Shown piece by piece: positions 1-9,290 of a stretch of 64,000 nucleotides of DNA (its first letter is position 1; the number at the start of each line of letters is the position of its first letter). This DNA comes from a virus (Duplodnaviria > Caudoviricetes). The DNA is taken from positions 821 to 64,820 of the IMG/VR virus record IMGVR_UViG_3300010938_000036, one strand, 5' to 3'. Under the pieces are notes generated by a model. The model was given only the letters and a program-made list of their open reading frames with translations, was not told the DNA's origin and ran no database searches. The position numbers and the translations under genes are program-made.

Positions 1-1
1 T

Positions 2-259
2 AATAATTTTAACCATGAATTGTTAAAAGAACTTTTATTAAAACATAAAGGAGGATTTATTTTATCCTACAATGATTCACCAACAATCAGACAATGGTAT
101 AAGGATTTTGAAATTGTAGAATTGCCTGTTCAATACACTATGGGGCAAGGAGAGACAAGAATAGGTTTAAATCGTAAAAACAAAAACAGTAATCATATAA
201 AAAAAACAAAAGAATTATTGATTGTAAAAGTGGGTGATTATGGACAAGGTAAGTCGTGA
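2..259 (+). CDS. Dam/D12-class DNA adenine methylase, C-terminal part (gene begins left of window)
   Basis: Frame is open from the window edge; FNHELL...FILSYNDSPTIRQWYKDF...KELLI is a typical D12 N6-MTase C-terminus. Confidence 0.75.
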   Translation, partial: NNFNHELLKELLLKHKGGFILSYNDSPTIRQWYKDFEIVELPVQYTMGQGETRIGLNRKNKNSNHIKKTKELLIVKVGDYGQGKS

Positions 260-300
260 TACTATTGAAGTATTGCAAGGTGCAACTTATAAGGTTAGAA
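134..300 (+). repeat. Diverged direct repeat, copy A (copy B at 2353-2510)
   Basis: Shared blocks such as GCAAGGAGAGA.AAGAATAGGTTTAA, AAGAATTATTGATTGTAAA and AAGGTAAGTCGTGATACTATTGA.GTATTGCAAGGT. Confidence 0.9.
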
Positions 301-347
301 TATCTTGCAGGGAAGGAGAAAATGGTAAGAAAGAGCTATATGACTAA
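240..347 (+). pseudogene. Truncated duplicate of the TSCPD gene 5' end
   Basis: Translates MDKVSRDTIEVLQGATYKVR then unrelated residues and a stop; intact copy at 2450 reads MDKVSRDTIEVLQGITYKIK. Confidence 0.75.
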
Positions 348-2334
348 ACACGTAGATTTGTTTACGTCTACATTATTACCCCTAAACCTTCCCGAGGTAT
401 TTAAACAAATCTACTATTACCTTTATAGTAACAGCAACATTCCAAGGGCTGAGAGACTAGGAGCCGAGATGATTAGAATTCTTTTTTGCAAGATATATGA
501 TGAAACTCATAATGGAAGTGGCAAAAAGTTCACATTAAGCTCAAACAAAAGTGACGATGAAGTAGGTAATAGGGTTAAACAACTATTTGAAAAGGTGAAA
601 GAAGATTACCCAGATGTATTTGATAAAGAAGAGAAAATATACCTTGATTATAAATCAATTAAATATGTAGTTGAGAAACTCCAAAATTATACTCTTGTTG
701 AAACAAAGAGAGATGTAATAAGTGAAGCGTTTCAAGCTTTTTGGGGGCCAGGACTACGAGGAGAAAAAGGGCAATTTTTTACTCCAAGAAATATAGTTAA
801 GATGTGTGTTGAGATACTTGACCCCAAACCCGGTGAAAGAGTTATAGACCCGGCATGTGGTTCTGGGGGTTTTTTGGTTGAAGTTTTATCACAACTGAAG
901 GAAAGAGAGTATTTTTGTAATGTTTATGGGATAGATAAAGAAGTAGATTTAGTTAAGATTTGCAAAGCATATATGGCTATTATTGGGGGTGGGCATGCAA
1001 ATATATTCTGTACAGATTCACTTTATCCAGAATCTTGGACGGAAGAAATAAAAAATAAAATCAAGGATGAAAGTTTTGATGTAGTACTTACAAATCCGCC
1101 ATTTGGAGCAAAAATATTTACTGAAGACAAAAATATCCTTAAAAACTATAAATTAGGACATAAATGGATTAAAGATCATTTAAACAACTGGAGGATCACT
1201 AATTCTGTTACTAAACGGGCTCCACAGATTCTATTTATAGAAAGATGTCTTCAACTTCTCAAACCAGGCGGTAGGATGGCAATCGTCCTTCCTGATGGAG
1301 TTTTTGGAAACCCCAGCGATAGGTATGTATGGCACCTCGTTCTAGAGAATGCAAAGATATTAGCAGTAGTCAGTTTACCTCCTGAAACTTTCCTCCCGAG
1401 CACCCACACCAAAACAAGTGTTTTATTTTTAGAGAAGACAAAAAACAATGACAAAGATTATGAGATATTTATGGCTATTGCGCACAGAGTCGGACATGAT
1501 AAAAATGGCAAAATAATATTTAAGATGGATATAAAGGGTAATTATGTCGTTGATAGTAGAGGAAATAAAATAATAGATGATGACTTACCACTCATAGTTT
1601 CCAAATATAAGGAATTTAAAGGAGGTACTCTCCAATCAAGTCGCTTTGGATTTATTGTAAGGTTATCTGAGATAAGGAATTATATTTTTATTCCAAGTTA
1701 CTATGACCCCGAAACTGCACAAAAACTAAATCAACTAGAGAAAACAAGGAAATATAAACTTACATCAATTAAAGAATTAGTTGAGCAGAAATTAATATCA
1801 ATAAAAAGAGGAAACGAAGTAGGTTCAAGATATTATGGGATGGGTGATGTTCCTTTTGTAAGGACATCCGATATTGTTAACTGGGAGATTAAAATAGACC
1901 CAGTAAAAAGTATTCCAGAGGAAGTTTATGAGCAATATAAAAAAAGGCAAGACATAAGAGAAAATGACATTTTATTGGTTACTGACGGGACATTTCTTAT
2001 AGGAAGAACAGCGATAGTTACACCGATAGATAAAAAATTGGTGATTCAAAGTCATATAAGAAGGATTAGATGTTTAAAACCGGAGAAACTACATCCTTAC
2101 TTACTACTCTACTTATTAAATACCGAAATTGTACAAAAACAAATAGAGGAAAAAACTTTTGTTCAAGCTACAATTTCTACAATCGGGGAAAGGTTATACG
2201 AAATTATAATTCCTATTCCTACAGATAGTAATACTGTAGCAAAAATAATGAACGAAGTTTCAGAGATTATAAAAATGAAAGTGGAAGCACGAACAAAAAT
2301 AGAAAATTTAATAAAAAATAGAGAGGAGGTATAA
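322..2334 (+). CDS. N6-adenine DNA methyltransferase (HsdM-like) fused to a C-terminal HsdS-like target recognition domain
   Basis: GQFFTPR, motif I IDPACGSGGF, motif IV NPPF, C-terminal TRD-like region (VPFVRTSDI...GTFLIGRTAIV). ATG 322 follows AAGGAG; ORF track start is 256. Confidence 0.85.
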   Translation: MVRKSYMTKHVDLFTSTLLPLNLPEVFKQIYYYLYSNSNIPRAERLGAEMIRILFCKIYDETHNGSGKKFTLSSNKSDDEVGNRVKQLFEKVKEDYPDVFDKEEKIYLDYKSIKYVVEKLQNYTLVETKRDVISEAFQAFWGPGLRGEKGQFFTPRNIVKMCVEILDPKPGERVIDPACGSGGFLVEVLSQLKEREYFCNVYGIDKEVDLVKICKAYMAIIGGGHANIFCTDSLYPESWTEEIKNKIKDESFDVVLTNPPFGAKIFTEDKNILKNYKLGHKWIKDHLNNWRITNSVTKRAPQILFIERCLQLLKPGGRMAIVLPDGVFGNPSDRYVWHLVLENAKILAVVSLPPETFLPSTHTKTSVLFLEKTKNNDKDYEIFMAIAHRVGHDKNGKIIFKMDIKGNYVVDSRGNKIIDDDLPLIVSKYKEFKGGTLQSSRFGFIVRLSEIRNYIFIPSYYDPETAQKLNQLEKTRKYKLTSIKELVEQKLISIKRGNEVGSRYYGMGDVPFVRTSDIVNWEIKIDPVKSIPEEVYEQYKKRQDIRENDILLVTDGTFLIGRTAIVTPIDKKLVIQSHIRRIRCLKPEKLHPYLLLYLLNTEIVQKQIEEKTFVQATISTIGERLYEIIIPIPTDSNTVAKIMNEVSEIIKMKVEARTKIENLIKNREEV

Positions 2335-2352
2335 GAATGGTAAAGGTTGAAC

Positions 2353-2510
2353 TATATTATGGAGCAAGGAGAGATAAGAATAGGTTTAATCGTAAGAACA
2401 AAATAGTAATCATAAAGAAAAGAATTATTGATTGTAAAGGTGAGTGATTATGGATAAGGTAAGTCGTGATACTATTGAGGTATTGCAAGGTATAACTTAT
2501 AAGATTAAAA
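2353..2510 (+). repeat. Diverged direct repeat, copy B (frameshifted remnant of the dam 3' end plus the intact TSCPD gene start)
   Basis: Aligns to 134-300 with substitutions and short deletions. Confidence 0.9.
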
Positions 2511-2800
2511 CGCCTTGTGGTAATATGTATGTTACGGTTAATAAGTTGGAAGATAAGATTATTGAGGTTTTTGCTAAACTTGGTAAGGCAGGTGGATGTC
2601 CGCAATGTAATCTTGATGGATTATGTAGAGTGATTTCAATTGCTTTGCAGGAAGGAACAGATATTAATAGAATTATCAAAACATTATTAGGGCATAAGTG
2701 TCTTGAATCTGGAATAGAGTTACCCGATGAAGGATTAAGTTGTCCTGACGCAGTAGGTAAAATTTTGAAAAAAGAAAATTTAAATGAAAGTAAAAAATAA
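2450..2800 (+). CDS. Stand-alone TSCPD-domain protein (class II ribonucleotide reductase C-terminal domain)
   Basis: KIKTPCGNMYVTVN, EVFAKLGKAGGC, RVISIALQEG, LSCPDAVG. Confidence 0.8.
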   Translation: MDKVSRDTIEVLQGITYKIKTPCGNMYVTVNKLEDKIIEVFAKLGKAGGCPQCNLDGLCRVISIALQEGTDINRIIKTLLGHKCLESGIELPDEGLSCPDAVGKILKKENLNESKK

Positions 2801-2820
2801 GTGGAATTAATTTTGTAATA

Positions 2821-2829
2821 TGTTATAAT
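2821..2829 (+). promoter_or_regulatory. Extended -10 promoter (TGtTATAAT)
   Basis: TGn plus perfect TATAAT, 9 nt before ATG 2839. Confidence 0.5.
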
Positions 2830-2838
2830 GGGTAAAGA

Positions 2839-3582
2839 ATGAATCAGAAGAAGGGAAGTCAGATTGATGCAGTGCAGCCATTTTTGGCTCCTGATATTTT
2901 TGATGGGTTTAAAATAAAAAAAGAAATTAAAGAACAAATTATTGAATTTGTGAAGGATCTGTTTAGTAAATTTAAGGGAGGGTTTTTATTAGTTAAGCGA
3001 ATTTGTCTGGTAGGGTCTATAATGACAAAGCAATACACTCCTTTTTCTGATGTAGATATTAATATAGAGGTGGATTATGAGAAATTTGTTAAATTAAATC
3101 CTGAATCATTAAAATATCCTTACGGTGTTTATCCTTATATGATGGATAAGATTTATTTATTTTTAGAGGGGGTACCTATTAAGGGAACAGCGAGGACTTT
3201 TTCGGTTCATATTTATTTTTATCCTTTTATTTTGTCCAGCGATAATGTTTTATGTATTTATCCTTCAGAGAAATGGATTAAGGGATTTAATTTTCCGACT
3301 TTATCTTTTGATCCAGAGAGAGAATTTTTAATTTTAAAATTATTTGCTGAAAGTATTAAAAATAAATTAATTGGAATTAAAAGGATAAAGCGGAAGGAGG
3401 TAGATTCGTTTTTGGAAGCATTTGAGGATTTTATCAGGGATTGGAGACAATATAGATTTCAAATGGCTGAGAAGGGTAAGGGGCATTTTTTATCTTATAA
3501 ATTTAGTGCCGATTGGGATTCTGGGAATATTTTTATTAAATTCTTAGGGAAATTTGCTAAGCCTAAAAGTGAGGTGGTTTAA
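2839..3582 (+). CDS. Pol-beta-superfamily nucleotidyltransferase, paralog 1
   Basis: hGS...SDhD motif: LVGSIMTKQYTPFSDVDINI. Confidence 0.7.
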   Translation: MNQKKGSQIDAVQPFLAPDIFDGFKIKKEIKEQIIEFVKDLFSKFKGGFLLVKRICLVGSIMTKQYTPFSDVDINIEVDYEKFVKLNPESLKYPYGVYPYMMDKIYLFLEGVPIKGTARTFSVHIYFYPFILSSDNVLCIYPSEKWIKGFNFPTLSFDPEREFLILKLFAESIKNKLIGIKRIKRKEVDSFLEAFEDFIRDWRQYRFQMAEKGKGHFLSYKFSADWDSGNIFIKFLGKFAKPKSEVV

Positions 3583-3956
3583 TGTTTTGGAAGGATTTTC
3601 TTTTAAAAATACAAAAAATTTATAATAAAATAAATCCAAAAACAATGGAAGATGAAGTAATTTTAGTTAAAGAAATTTTAATTGGATTGACAGATGCAGA
3701 ATTAGATTTATTTGTCAATCAAGTGAGCGAGATGATTAATGAGGAAATTTTAAGTAATGATTCAGAGATGTATGAATATATGCGAATGTTGATGGTGTTG
3801 TTATCCTGTGAATGGTGTAAGCGTAGGCAAATTATTCAGGATTATGAAATTTTATTACAAAAGGAAAATCAAAAGGGTTCAGAGGTTTTAAAAGTAATAA
3901 TTAATCCTATATTATTTAAGGAAGAACAAAATGCAAAAGAGCAGTTCTATCATTGA
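3582..3956 (+). CDS. Hypothetical protein
   Basis: 124-aa ORF overlapping both nucleotidyltransferase genes. Confidence 0.6.
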   Translation: MFWKDFLLKIQKIYNKINPKTMEDEVILVKEILIGLTDAELDLFVNQVSEMINEEILSNDSEMYEYMRMLMVLLSCEWCKRRQIIQDYEILLQKENQKGSEVLKVIINPILFKEEQNAKEQFYH

Positions 3957-4638
3957 TAGACCACAACGAGATTTAGATCCTCGTATTTTTTTTAATTTAA
4001 AATTAAGAAGAGATGTGAGGAATAAAATTTTAGATTTTGTTTTTAAAAAACTTAAACATTTTAAAAAAATTAATTTTTGGTTGCAGGATATAGTAATTGG
4101 TGGTTCCTTTACTACTAATCAATATAGGGAAGATTCTGATATGGATGTTGGTATTTTGGTTGATTTTGAAAGAATGGTATTTTGTAATCCTTCTTTAAAA
4201 TCAACAGAATTTGCATATTTAACTTTGCGTAATTTGTTTTCTAAAACTTTATGGATTAATGGTGTAGAAATTAGTTTTTTGGTTGCAAGGCGAGGGAAGG
4301 AGTATCCTTCTCCTGGACTTTATTCTGTTTTAAATGATTACTGGATTCGTGAACCCTTTTTTTTACCATTAGAAATTAATCCTGATGAACTATTTAGTAT
4401 TTTTAAAGCAATAGCATTACTGTTATCTTGTTTATTTAGACTATTATTAAAATTGGAAGGAGGGGCTTTTATAGTTTTAAGGATTATTAATTCATTAGAA
4501 CATAAGCGGGAACTGGAAAATTTACAAAGAGGAGATTATAATGAATTAAACATTATTTATAAATATTTAGAAGAACGGTATAATTTGGAAGAAATTAGGA
4601 TGGAGGCAAAAAGATTAGTTAATTGTTTAAGGAGGTAA
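3931..4638 (+). CDS. Pol-beta-superfamily nucleotidyltransferase, paralog 2
   Basis: IGGSFTTNQYREDSDMDVGI; N-terminus IDRPQRDLDPRIF resembles IDAVQPFLAPDIF of paralog 1. Confidence 0.7.
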   Translation: MQKSSSIIDRPQRDLDPRIFFNLKLRRDVRNKILDFVFKKLKHFKKINFWLQDIVIGGSFTTNQYREDSDMDVGILVDFERMVFCNPSLKSTEFAYLTLRNLFSKTLWINGVEISFLVARRGKEYPSPGLYSVLNDYWIREPFFLPLEINPDELFSIFKAIALLLSCLFRLLLKLEGGAFIVLRIINSLEHKRELENLQRGDYNELNIIYKYLEERYNLEEIRMEAKRLVNCLRR

Positions 4639-4644
4639 AGGACC

Positions 4645-4806
4645 ATGTTTAAAAAAGTCAATGAAATTGAGGTACAGAAGGAAATTAGGATTAAGATTTT
4701 TTGTCAGAAGTGTAAAAAAGAACATTTTGCGGATGAGGATTGTGAAGGCAAGGAAGGTGAGGAAGTGATTAAACGGGTGATTAAACCAGAAAAAGTGGTA
4801 GAATAA
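4645..4806 (+). CDS. Small 53-aa protein with CxxC...H...C (below the ORF-track length cut-off)
   Basis: MFKKVNEIEVQKEIRIKIFCQKCKKEHFADEDC...; GGAGG upstream; fills the gap before the protease. Confidence 0.6.
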   Translation: MFKKVNEIEVQKEIRIKIFCQKCKKEHFADEDCEGKEGEEVIKRVIKPEKVVE

Positions 4807-4810
4807 GGCT

Positions 4811-5734
4811 ATGGCATTTTGGAAAACTGCGTCAGTAGAATTTAAACCTCTTGGGGATTATACGGATTTCCGTAAACGGGCTAATGCGCTTCATCAAATT
4901 AAGGGTTATAATCTGATTGATTCATCTCATTTTGAAAAAATGGCTACTTTGTATTATGTTTCTGCTAATCCCAAAGATTATTATTTTCTTTCTTGTTTAG
5001 CAGTAAGGGCTAATGTTCCAAATAAAAATGGAGATGCTATAAGCACGGAGGAATTATTTAGATTTAGACCAGCAAGAAAGTGCAGAACTTATGAAACTTT
5101 TATTCATTCTCCTCTGCATGTTAATCATTTTTCTTCAGATCCTAAATTAGCAAAGGGGTTTATTGTTGATGCAATTTATAATGATTGGGCGGAGGATTTT
5201 GCTTTTGTTGAGACCGTTGTAGCAATAGATAAAACCAAAGATCCTATCCTTGCAGAAGCAGTTTATAATGGAAGAATTAATAAATTTTCTATGGGGTCTA
5301 TTGTTGAAGCGTTACAGTGCAGTTTGAGTCATTGTAAGAAAATTGCATATAGAGAAGAAGATTTATGTGAGCATTTAAAAAATTATAGGATGCAAAAAAT
5401 TAATGGAGAATTATGTTTTGAATGGAATATCGGTGTAGATTATGAAGAATTAAGTATTGTTGATAATCCAGCGGAGGAGATGGCGATGACAAGGGCTATT
5501 CTTGGGAGTTATCCTGTGATGAAAACATTGTCTAATTATTTGCCACCACAGAAAAGAGCGGGAATTAATGTATATGCGTCAGTTAAAAATTCTCCTAAAT
5601 GGTTTGAGATAATGGGTATTGATAGAACTGATATGGAGGTTGTTAAGCGATATTTTGAAAATTTAAATTATAGGGTTCCTCCGAGTGTTTTACGAGTAAT
5701 TGGCAGGCTTTTTGAGGAAGTGGGCAATGGATAA
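4811..5734 (+). CDS. Prohead maturation protease
   Basis: PNKNGD, LHVNH, FSMG and EELSIVDNPA motifs; first gene of the head module. Confidence 0.75.
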   Translation: MAFWKTASVEFKPLGDYTDFRKRANALHQIKGYNLIDSSHFEKMATLYYVSANPKDYYFLSCLAVRANVPNKNGDAISTEELFRFRPARKCRTYETFIHSPLHVNHFSSDPKLAKGFIVDAIYNDWAEDFAFVETVVAIDKTKDPILAEAVYNGRINKFSMGSIVEALQCSLSHCKKIAYREEDLCEHLKNYRMQKINGELCFEWNIGVDYEELSIVDNPAEEMAMTRAILGSYPVMKTLSNYLPPQKRAGINVYASVKNSPKWFEIMGIDRTDMEVVKRYFENLNYRVPPSVLRVIGRLFEEVGNG

Positions 5735-7259
5735 TTTATTAGAAAAACTTAAAAAGCGATATATGTCTGCACCATTAGAAGGGAAGCAGTTATTAAGGGA
5801 TAATTTGATTGCTTTGGCCGCTGCTTGTGGGAAGGAACAGGAAATTCAAAATTTTATTGAACAGGTTGATGGAGGAAGGATTAATTCTCTGGATGATTTA
5901 AAGGTAGCACAGGAAGAAGAAAAAAAGGATGAAATGGAAGGTGAGGAAGTCAAAAAAGAGGAGATGAGGGAACGAGTAGAAAAATTAGAGCCAGAAGAGG
6001 TAAGGGAGGAACCAGAAGTAAAGAAAGAGGTTGAGCAACAGAAATCGGATTTACAATTACAAAAAATTAATGATAATATAAATGAAGTTTTGCAGAGATT
6101 GGAACAGATAAATAAAACATTGCAGGAACATGAAACAGCGCTTAAGGAGCATAAAAGGGTTTTAGAACATTTATTGCAGGAAGAAGAGGAAGAGGAGGAG
6201 AAGGAACCAAAGGTAGATGAATTTGGAGTAAGATTTAGTTCTGATTTAGAAGATTTAAACGAAAATAAAAAATATGCTAATATAAGGAGGATTGCTATGG
6301 TGAAGGAACAATCAAATAAAGAATTAAGTCCTACAGAGCGTCGTAAGGCCAGGTTACAGAAATCTGCACAAGAGGAAGCACCTAAGTCTTTGAAAGAATT
6401 TTATAATGTTGAAAAGGATATAGAGAAGATGAAAAAACTGCCTCGAATTCCAGAGACGCCGTATACTACGAAGGAACAGTTAGAGAAGAGGAAAGAGGAG
6501 GAGAAAGAAAAAATTAAAACAAGGGTATGGGATTTGTCTCGGTTAGCGGCTGAACTGACTGATGATGAACAGAGTTGGATAGTGAGTTATGAGGGCAAAC
6601 CTATTTATGCAATTAATTATAAGGATAATGAAAATCGTGTAGAAAAGGATGAATTTGTTTCAACTGGTTTTGGTAAAGGATTATTAAAAACGCTTGCTCT
6701 TAATGGTGAGGAAGAACTGCAAAAGAAGTTTAATATAACAGTTCTTGGTGAACCTAAGAAAGAGGAGGAGAAGGAGGAAAAGAAGGAGAAGGAGAAAGAG
6801 AAGGAAAAAGAGGCTGCGTATGAGATTAAATTTGAAAGGGCATGGAGATTGGCGAATGCTGTTTTGATGAAGAATTTAAGTGATAATCCACTTAAAGGAG
6901 CGCTTTTTGAGATATTTAGTAAGAAGGCAGAACTTAAGAATCCCGTGCCATACATAGAGGAAGCATTTAGAATGGCAGCGGATAAATATTTTGATACAAT
7001 GATGTCTTTGACTAAGAAATATATGAATTTGGACGATAAAACAATTGCAGAAGTAGAAGAATTTGTTAAAAGTGCAAGAACCCAGGTGGCGAATTTGGAT
7101 ATAAATGAGAGAACTGATTTAGTAAGAGAGATGGAAGCACAAGAATTAAGGCGTAGAGCAGAAGCGGGTTCAATCCCTCTTGTGAGCAATGATTTTGTAA
7201 GGGAGGATCCGCTTAGAAGCGCTATGCCTAAACCTTTAAACTGGTATAATATTAAATAA
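5727..7259 (+). CDS. Probable capsid scaffolding protein (E/K-rich, coiled coil)
   Basis: Lies between protease and capsid genes; highly charged; internal AAGGAGG plus in-frame ATG at 6297. Confidence 0.55.
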   Translation: MDNLLEKLKKRYMSAPLEGKQLLRDNLIALAAACGKEQEIQNFIEQVDGGRINSLDDLKVAQEEEKKDEMEGEEVKKEEMRERVEKLEPEEVREEPEVKKEVEQQKSDLQLQKINDNINEVLQRLEQINKTLQEHETALKEHKRVLEHLLQEEEEEEEKEPKVDEFGVRFSSDLEDLNENKKYANIRRIAMVKEQSNKELSPTERRKARLQKSAQEEAPKSLKEFYNVEKDIEKMKKLPRIPETPYTTKEQLEKRKEEEKEKIKTRVWDLSRLAAELTDDEQSWIVSYEGKPIYAINYKDNENRVEKDEFVSTGFGKGLLKTLALNGEEELQKKFNITVLGEPKKEEEKEEKKEKEKEKEKEAAYEIKFERAWRLANAVLMKNLSDNPLKGALFEIFSKKAELKNPVPYIEEAFRMAADKYFDTMMSLTKKYMNLDDKTIAEVEEFVKSARTQVANLDINERTDLVREMEAQELRRRAEAGSIPLVSNDFVREDPLRSAMPKPLNWYNIK

Positions 7260-7273
7260 AAGGAGGTAGAACG

Positions 7274-7966
7274 ATGATAGATAAAAATAGAAGTAGAGTA
7301 AGGTTTAGGCCATTTTATAAGGTAGACCCAACTTCACAGTGGGAGGAAGGTCAGGTTGCCACATTGGTAGAGGTTGGTGGTGAGGTGATGGTAAAGAAAT
7401 ATGAAGCACAATCAGGTGAAATACCGCTGGGTATTTTCTGGTTTCCGAAAGCGCAAAGTCTTACAAGGGTAAGTTTGGAAACTGCTGTTCTTTCTGGAAC
7501 TACACCAACCAATTTGAAACATGCTAATATTGTTAGTAATTCGGTGCGTGTGACTGATGTTGCAGGAACTACTGTATATGTTGAAGGGACAGATTATACT
7601 ATTAATTATACAAATGGAACTATAGCAAGAATTGGGGCTGGTAGTATTCCAGATGGAGCAACAGTGGTAGTTCGTTATAGATATAATATTCTTGCCAGTG
7701 AACTTGCAAGGATGCCACAGCGTTTTGAGAGAGTGCCAGATGCTACACTTGGTTCTGGAACGATTACTGTAGCGGAGGGACCTGCGGAAATTTATACAGA
7801 TCAATATGATACAAGCGTTGGATATAGTGTTAATGCCGCATTGTATGCAAATGCGGATGGAAGAATTACTACGACAAGTGGTGGTCCACAAATTGGTAAG
7901 GTGATTGCTCCACCAACATTAGGATATGCACTTTTAGGATTTGCATTGAAACCTGTGATTTTATAA
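7274..7966 (+). CDS. Capsid decoration/cement protein with inserted beta-domain
   Basis: Directly before MCP; C-terminal YTDQYD...LYANADGRITT...IGKV; insert EGTDYTINYTNGTIARI. Confidence 0.55.
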   Translation: MIDKNRSRVRFRPFYKVDPTSQWEEGQVATLVEVGGEVMVKKYEAQSGEIPLGIFWFPKAQSLTRVSLETAVLSGTTPTNLKHANIVSNSVRVTDVAGTTVYVEGTDYTINYTNGTIARIGAGSIPDGATVVVRYRYNILASELARMPQRFERVPDATLGSGTITVAEGPAEIYTDQYDTSVGYSVNAALYANADGRITTTSGGPQIGKVIAPPTLGYALLGFALKPVIL

Positions 7967-7983
7967 AATTTTAAAAGGAGGTA

Positions 7984-9267
7984 ATGACAGTGAAGAATCC
8001 TTATATTAACAATTTAAATAACCTTGTAGATACGATGGTTCCCCCAAAAGGTGCTGAGTTTTCGGTAGGTAAAGGTATGGATAAAGGTGGTTCTGATGCG
8101 GTGGAGAAATATCCGCTAAGTAATGAGACACATCATTCTAAATTTAATGATTTTATTAAGGGCGGTGACCTGCCAATTGATTGGATTGACCCACGAACAA
8201 AAGAACCATTTAATCCATTGATTCAGGGTGAAACAAGGACTGGAAAGACAGATTTTTCAACTGAGAGAGTTTTTGGTAGTTCGGGACGTGAACTTAATGC
8301 GTATGATTTGAAAGAAGCGGCCAGAAATATTCAAACGGTGCTTAATCATGCTGCGTATGATGACAGGAGACCTTTGGTGGTTAATAAGAATGTCAATCCT
8401 GATGAACAAATTTCCGTGATTGCTCAATATCTAATGGATCCGAGTGGTTATGGGTTTGCCAAGGCAGGACAAGAATTGCTTAATCCTATTCGTGAGGTTA
8501 TTGATTATGAAGGATGGATTGATAAAGTTTTGGCGCCAAGACCAGTACGAAGAGGCGAAGTGGTAAAGTACGATAGGGATGTGTTCGTGTTTGCATGGGT
8601 GATCGGCGAAGATGGAGAAACGCCAGAAAGTCAGGTTGGTGGTGAGCATTTCTTCCCGCCTGAATTTGAAGTGACAGCATTTCCTACAATTGAAATCAAG
8701 AATATTTATCAGGCACAGTATGATATCCTGGCAAGGACACAGGATAGGGCTCGTCAGGCAATTGAATTTCAGAAGGATACTGCTGGTAAAAATCTTTTGA
8801 ATGCTGCTGCTACAACGGTGAATAGTGTTGTAGCATTTACTTCACTTACATTGAGTGTAGTAGAACAGATAAGGCAACAGGTAGAAAGGCATAGGTTGAT
8901 TGCTGATAAATTGTTGATTAACAGGCGAGAATTATCTGATTTACTGGAACTTGCAATTAGTTCTCCTGTTCGTTTTGACCCAGTAACACAGCGAGCAGCA
9001 ATTATGCTGGGATATGTAGGTAATATCCTTGGAATGAAGGTGATTGTGAGTGCAGGAACCAATACTTTTGAGGTGGTAAAACCAGGAGAAGTGTTTGTTG
9101 TTACATTGCCAGAGTATCTGGGTGGTATGCCAATCAGGGTAGAGTTGGTAAGTCATCCAGCGCCGTTGTTCCCATTTGGTCGTGCAGTGCAGGGATGGAT
9201 CTGGTATACGCTTCTTTCACAGATTGTTATTAATTCTGCTGGTGTTGCAAAGGGAATAAAAATTTAA
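7984..9267 (+). CDS. Major capsid protein (HK97-fold)
   Basis: 427 aa; position after scaffold; PIREVIDYEG, PEFEVTAFPTI, YDILARTQDRARQAI, GYVGNILGMKVIVS. Confidence 0.8.
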   Translation: MTVKNPYINNLNNLVDTMVPPKGAEFSVGKGMDKGGSDAVEKYPLSNETHHSKFNDFIKGGDLPIDWIDPRTKEPFNPLIQGETRTGKTDFSTERVFGSSGRELNAYDLKEAARNIQTVLNHAAYDDRRPLVVNKNVNPDEQISVIAQYLMDPSGYGFAKAGQELLNPIREVIDYEGWIDKVLAPRPVRRGEVVKYDRDVFVFAWVIGEDGETPESQVGGEHFFPPEFEVTAFPTIEIKNIYQAQYDILARTQDRARQAIEFQKDTAGKNLLNAAATTVNSVVAFTSLTLSVVEQIRQQVERHRLIADKLLINRRELSDLLELAISSPVRFDPVTQRAAIMLGYVGNILGMKVIVSAGTNTFEVVKPGEVFVVTLPEYLGGMPIRVELVSHPAPLFPFGRAVQGWIWYTLLSQIVINSAGVAKGIKI

Positions 9268-9290
9268 TTGAATAAACAAGGAGGTTTATC

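Noticed and set aside
134-2510. Diversity-generating retroelement TR/VR pair (also considered for the 206-bp repeat)
   Set aside because: Mismatches are not adenine-specific, this pair has indels, and no reverse transcriptase is in the window.
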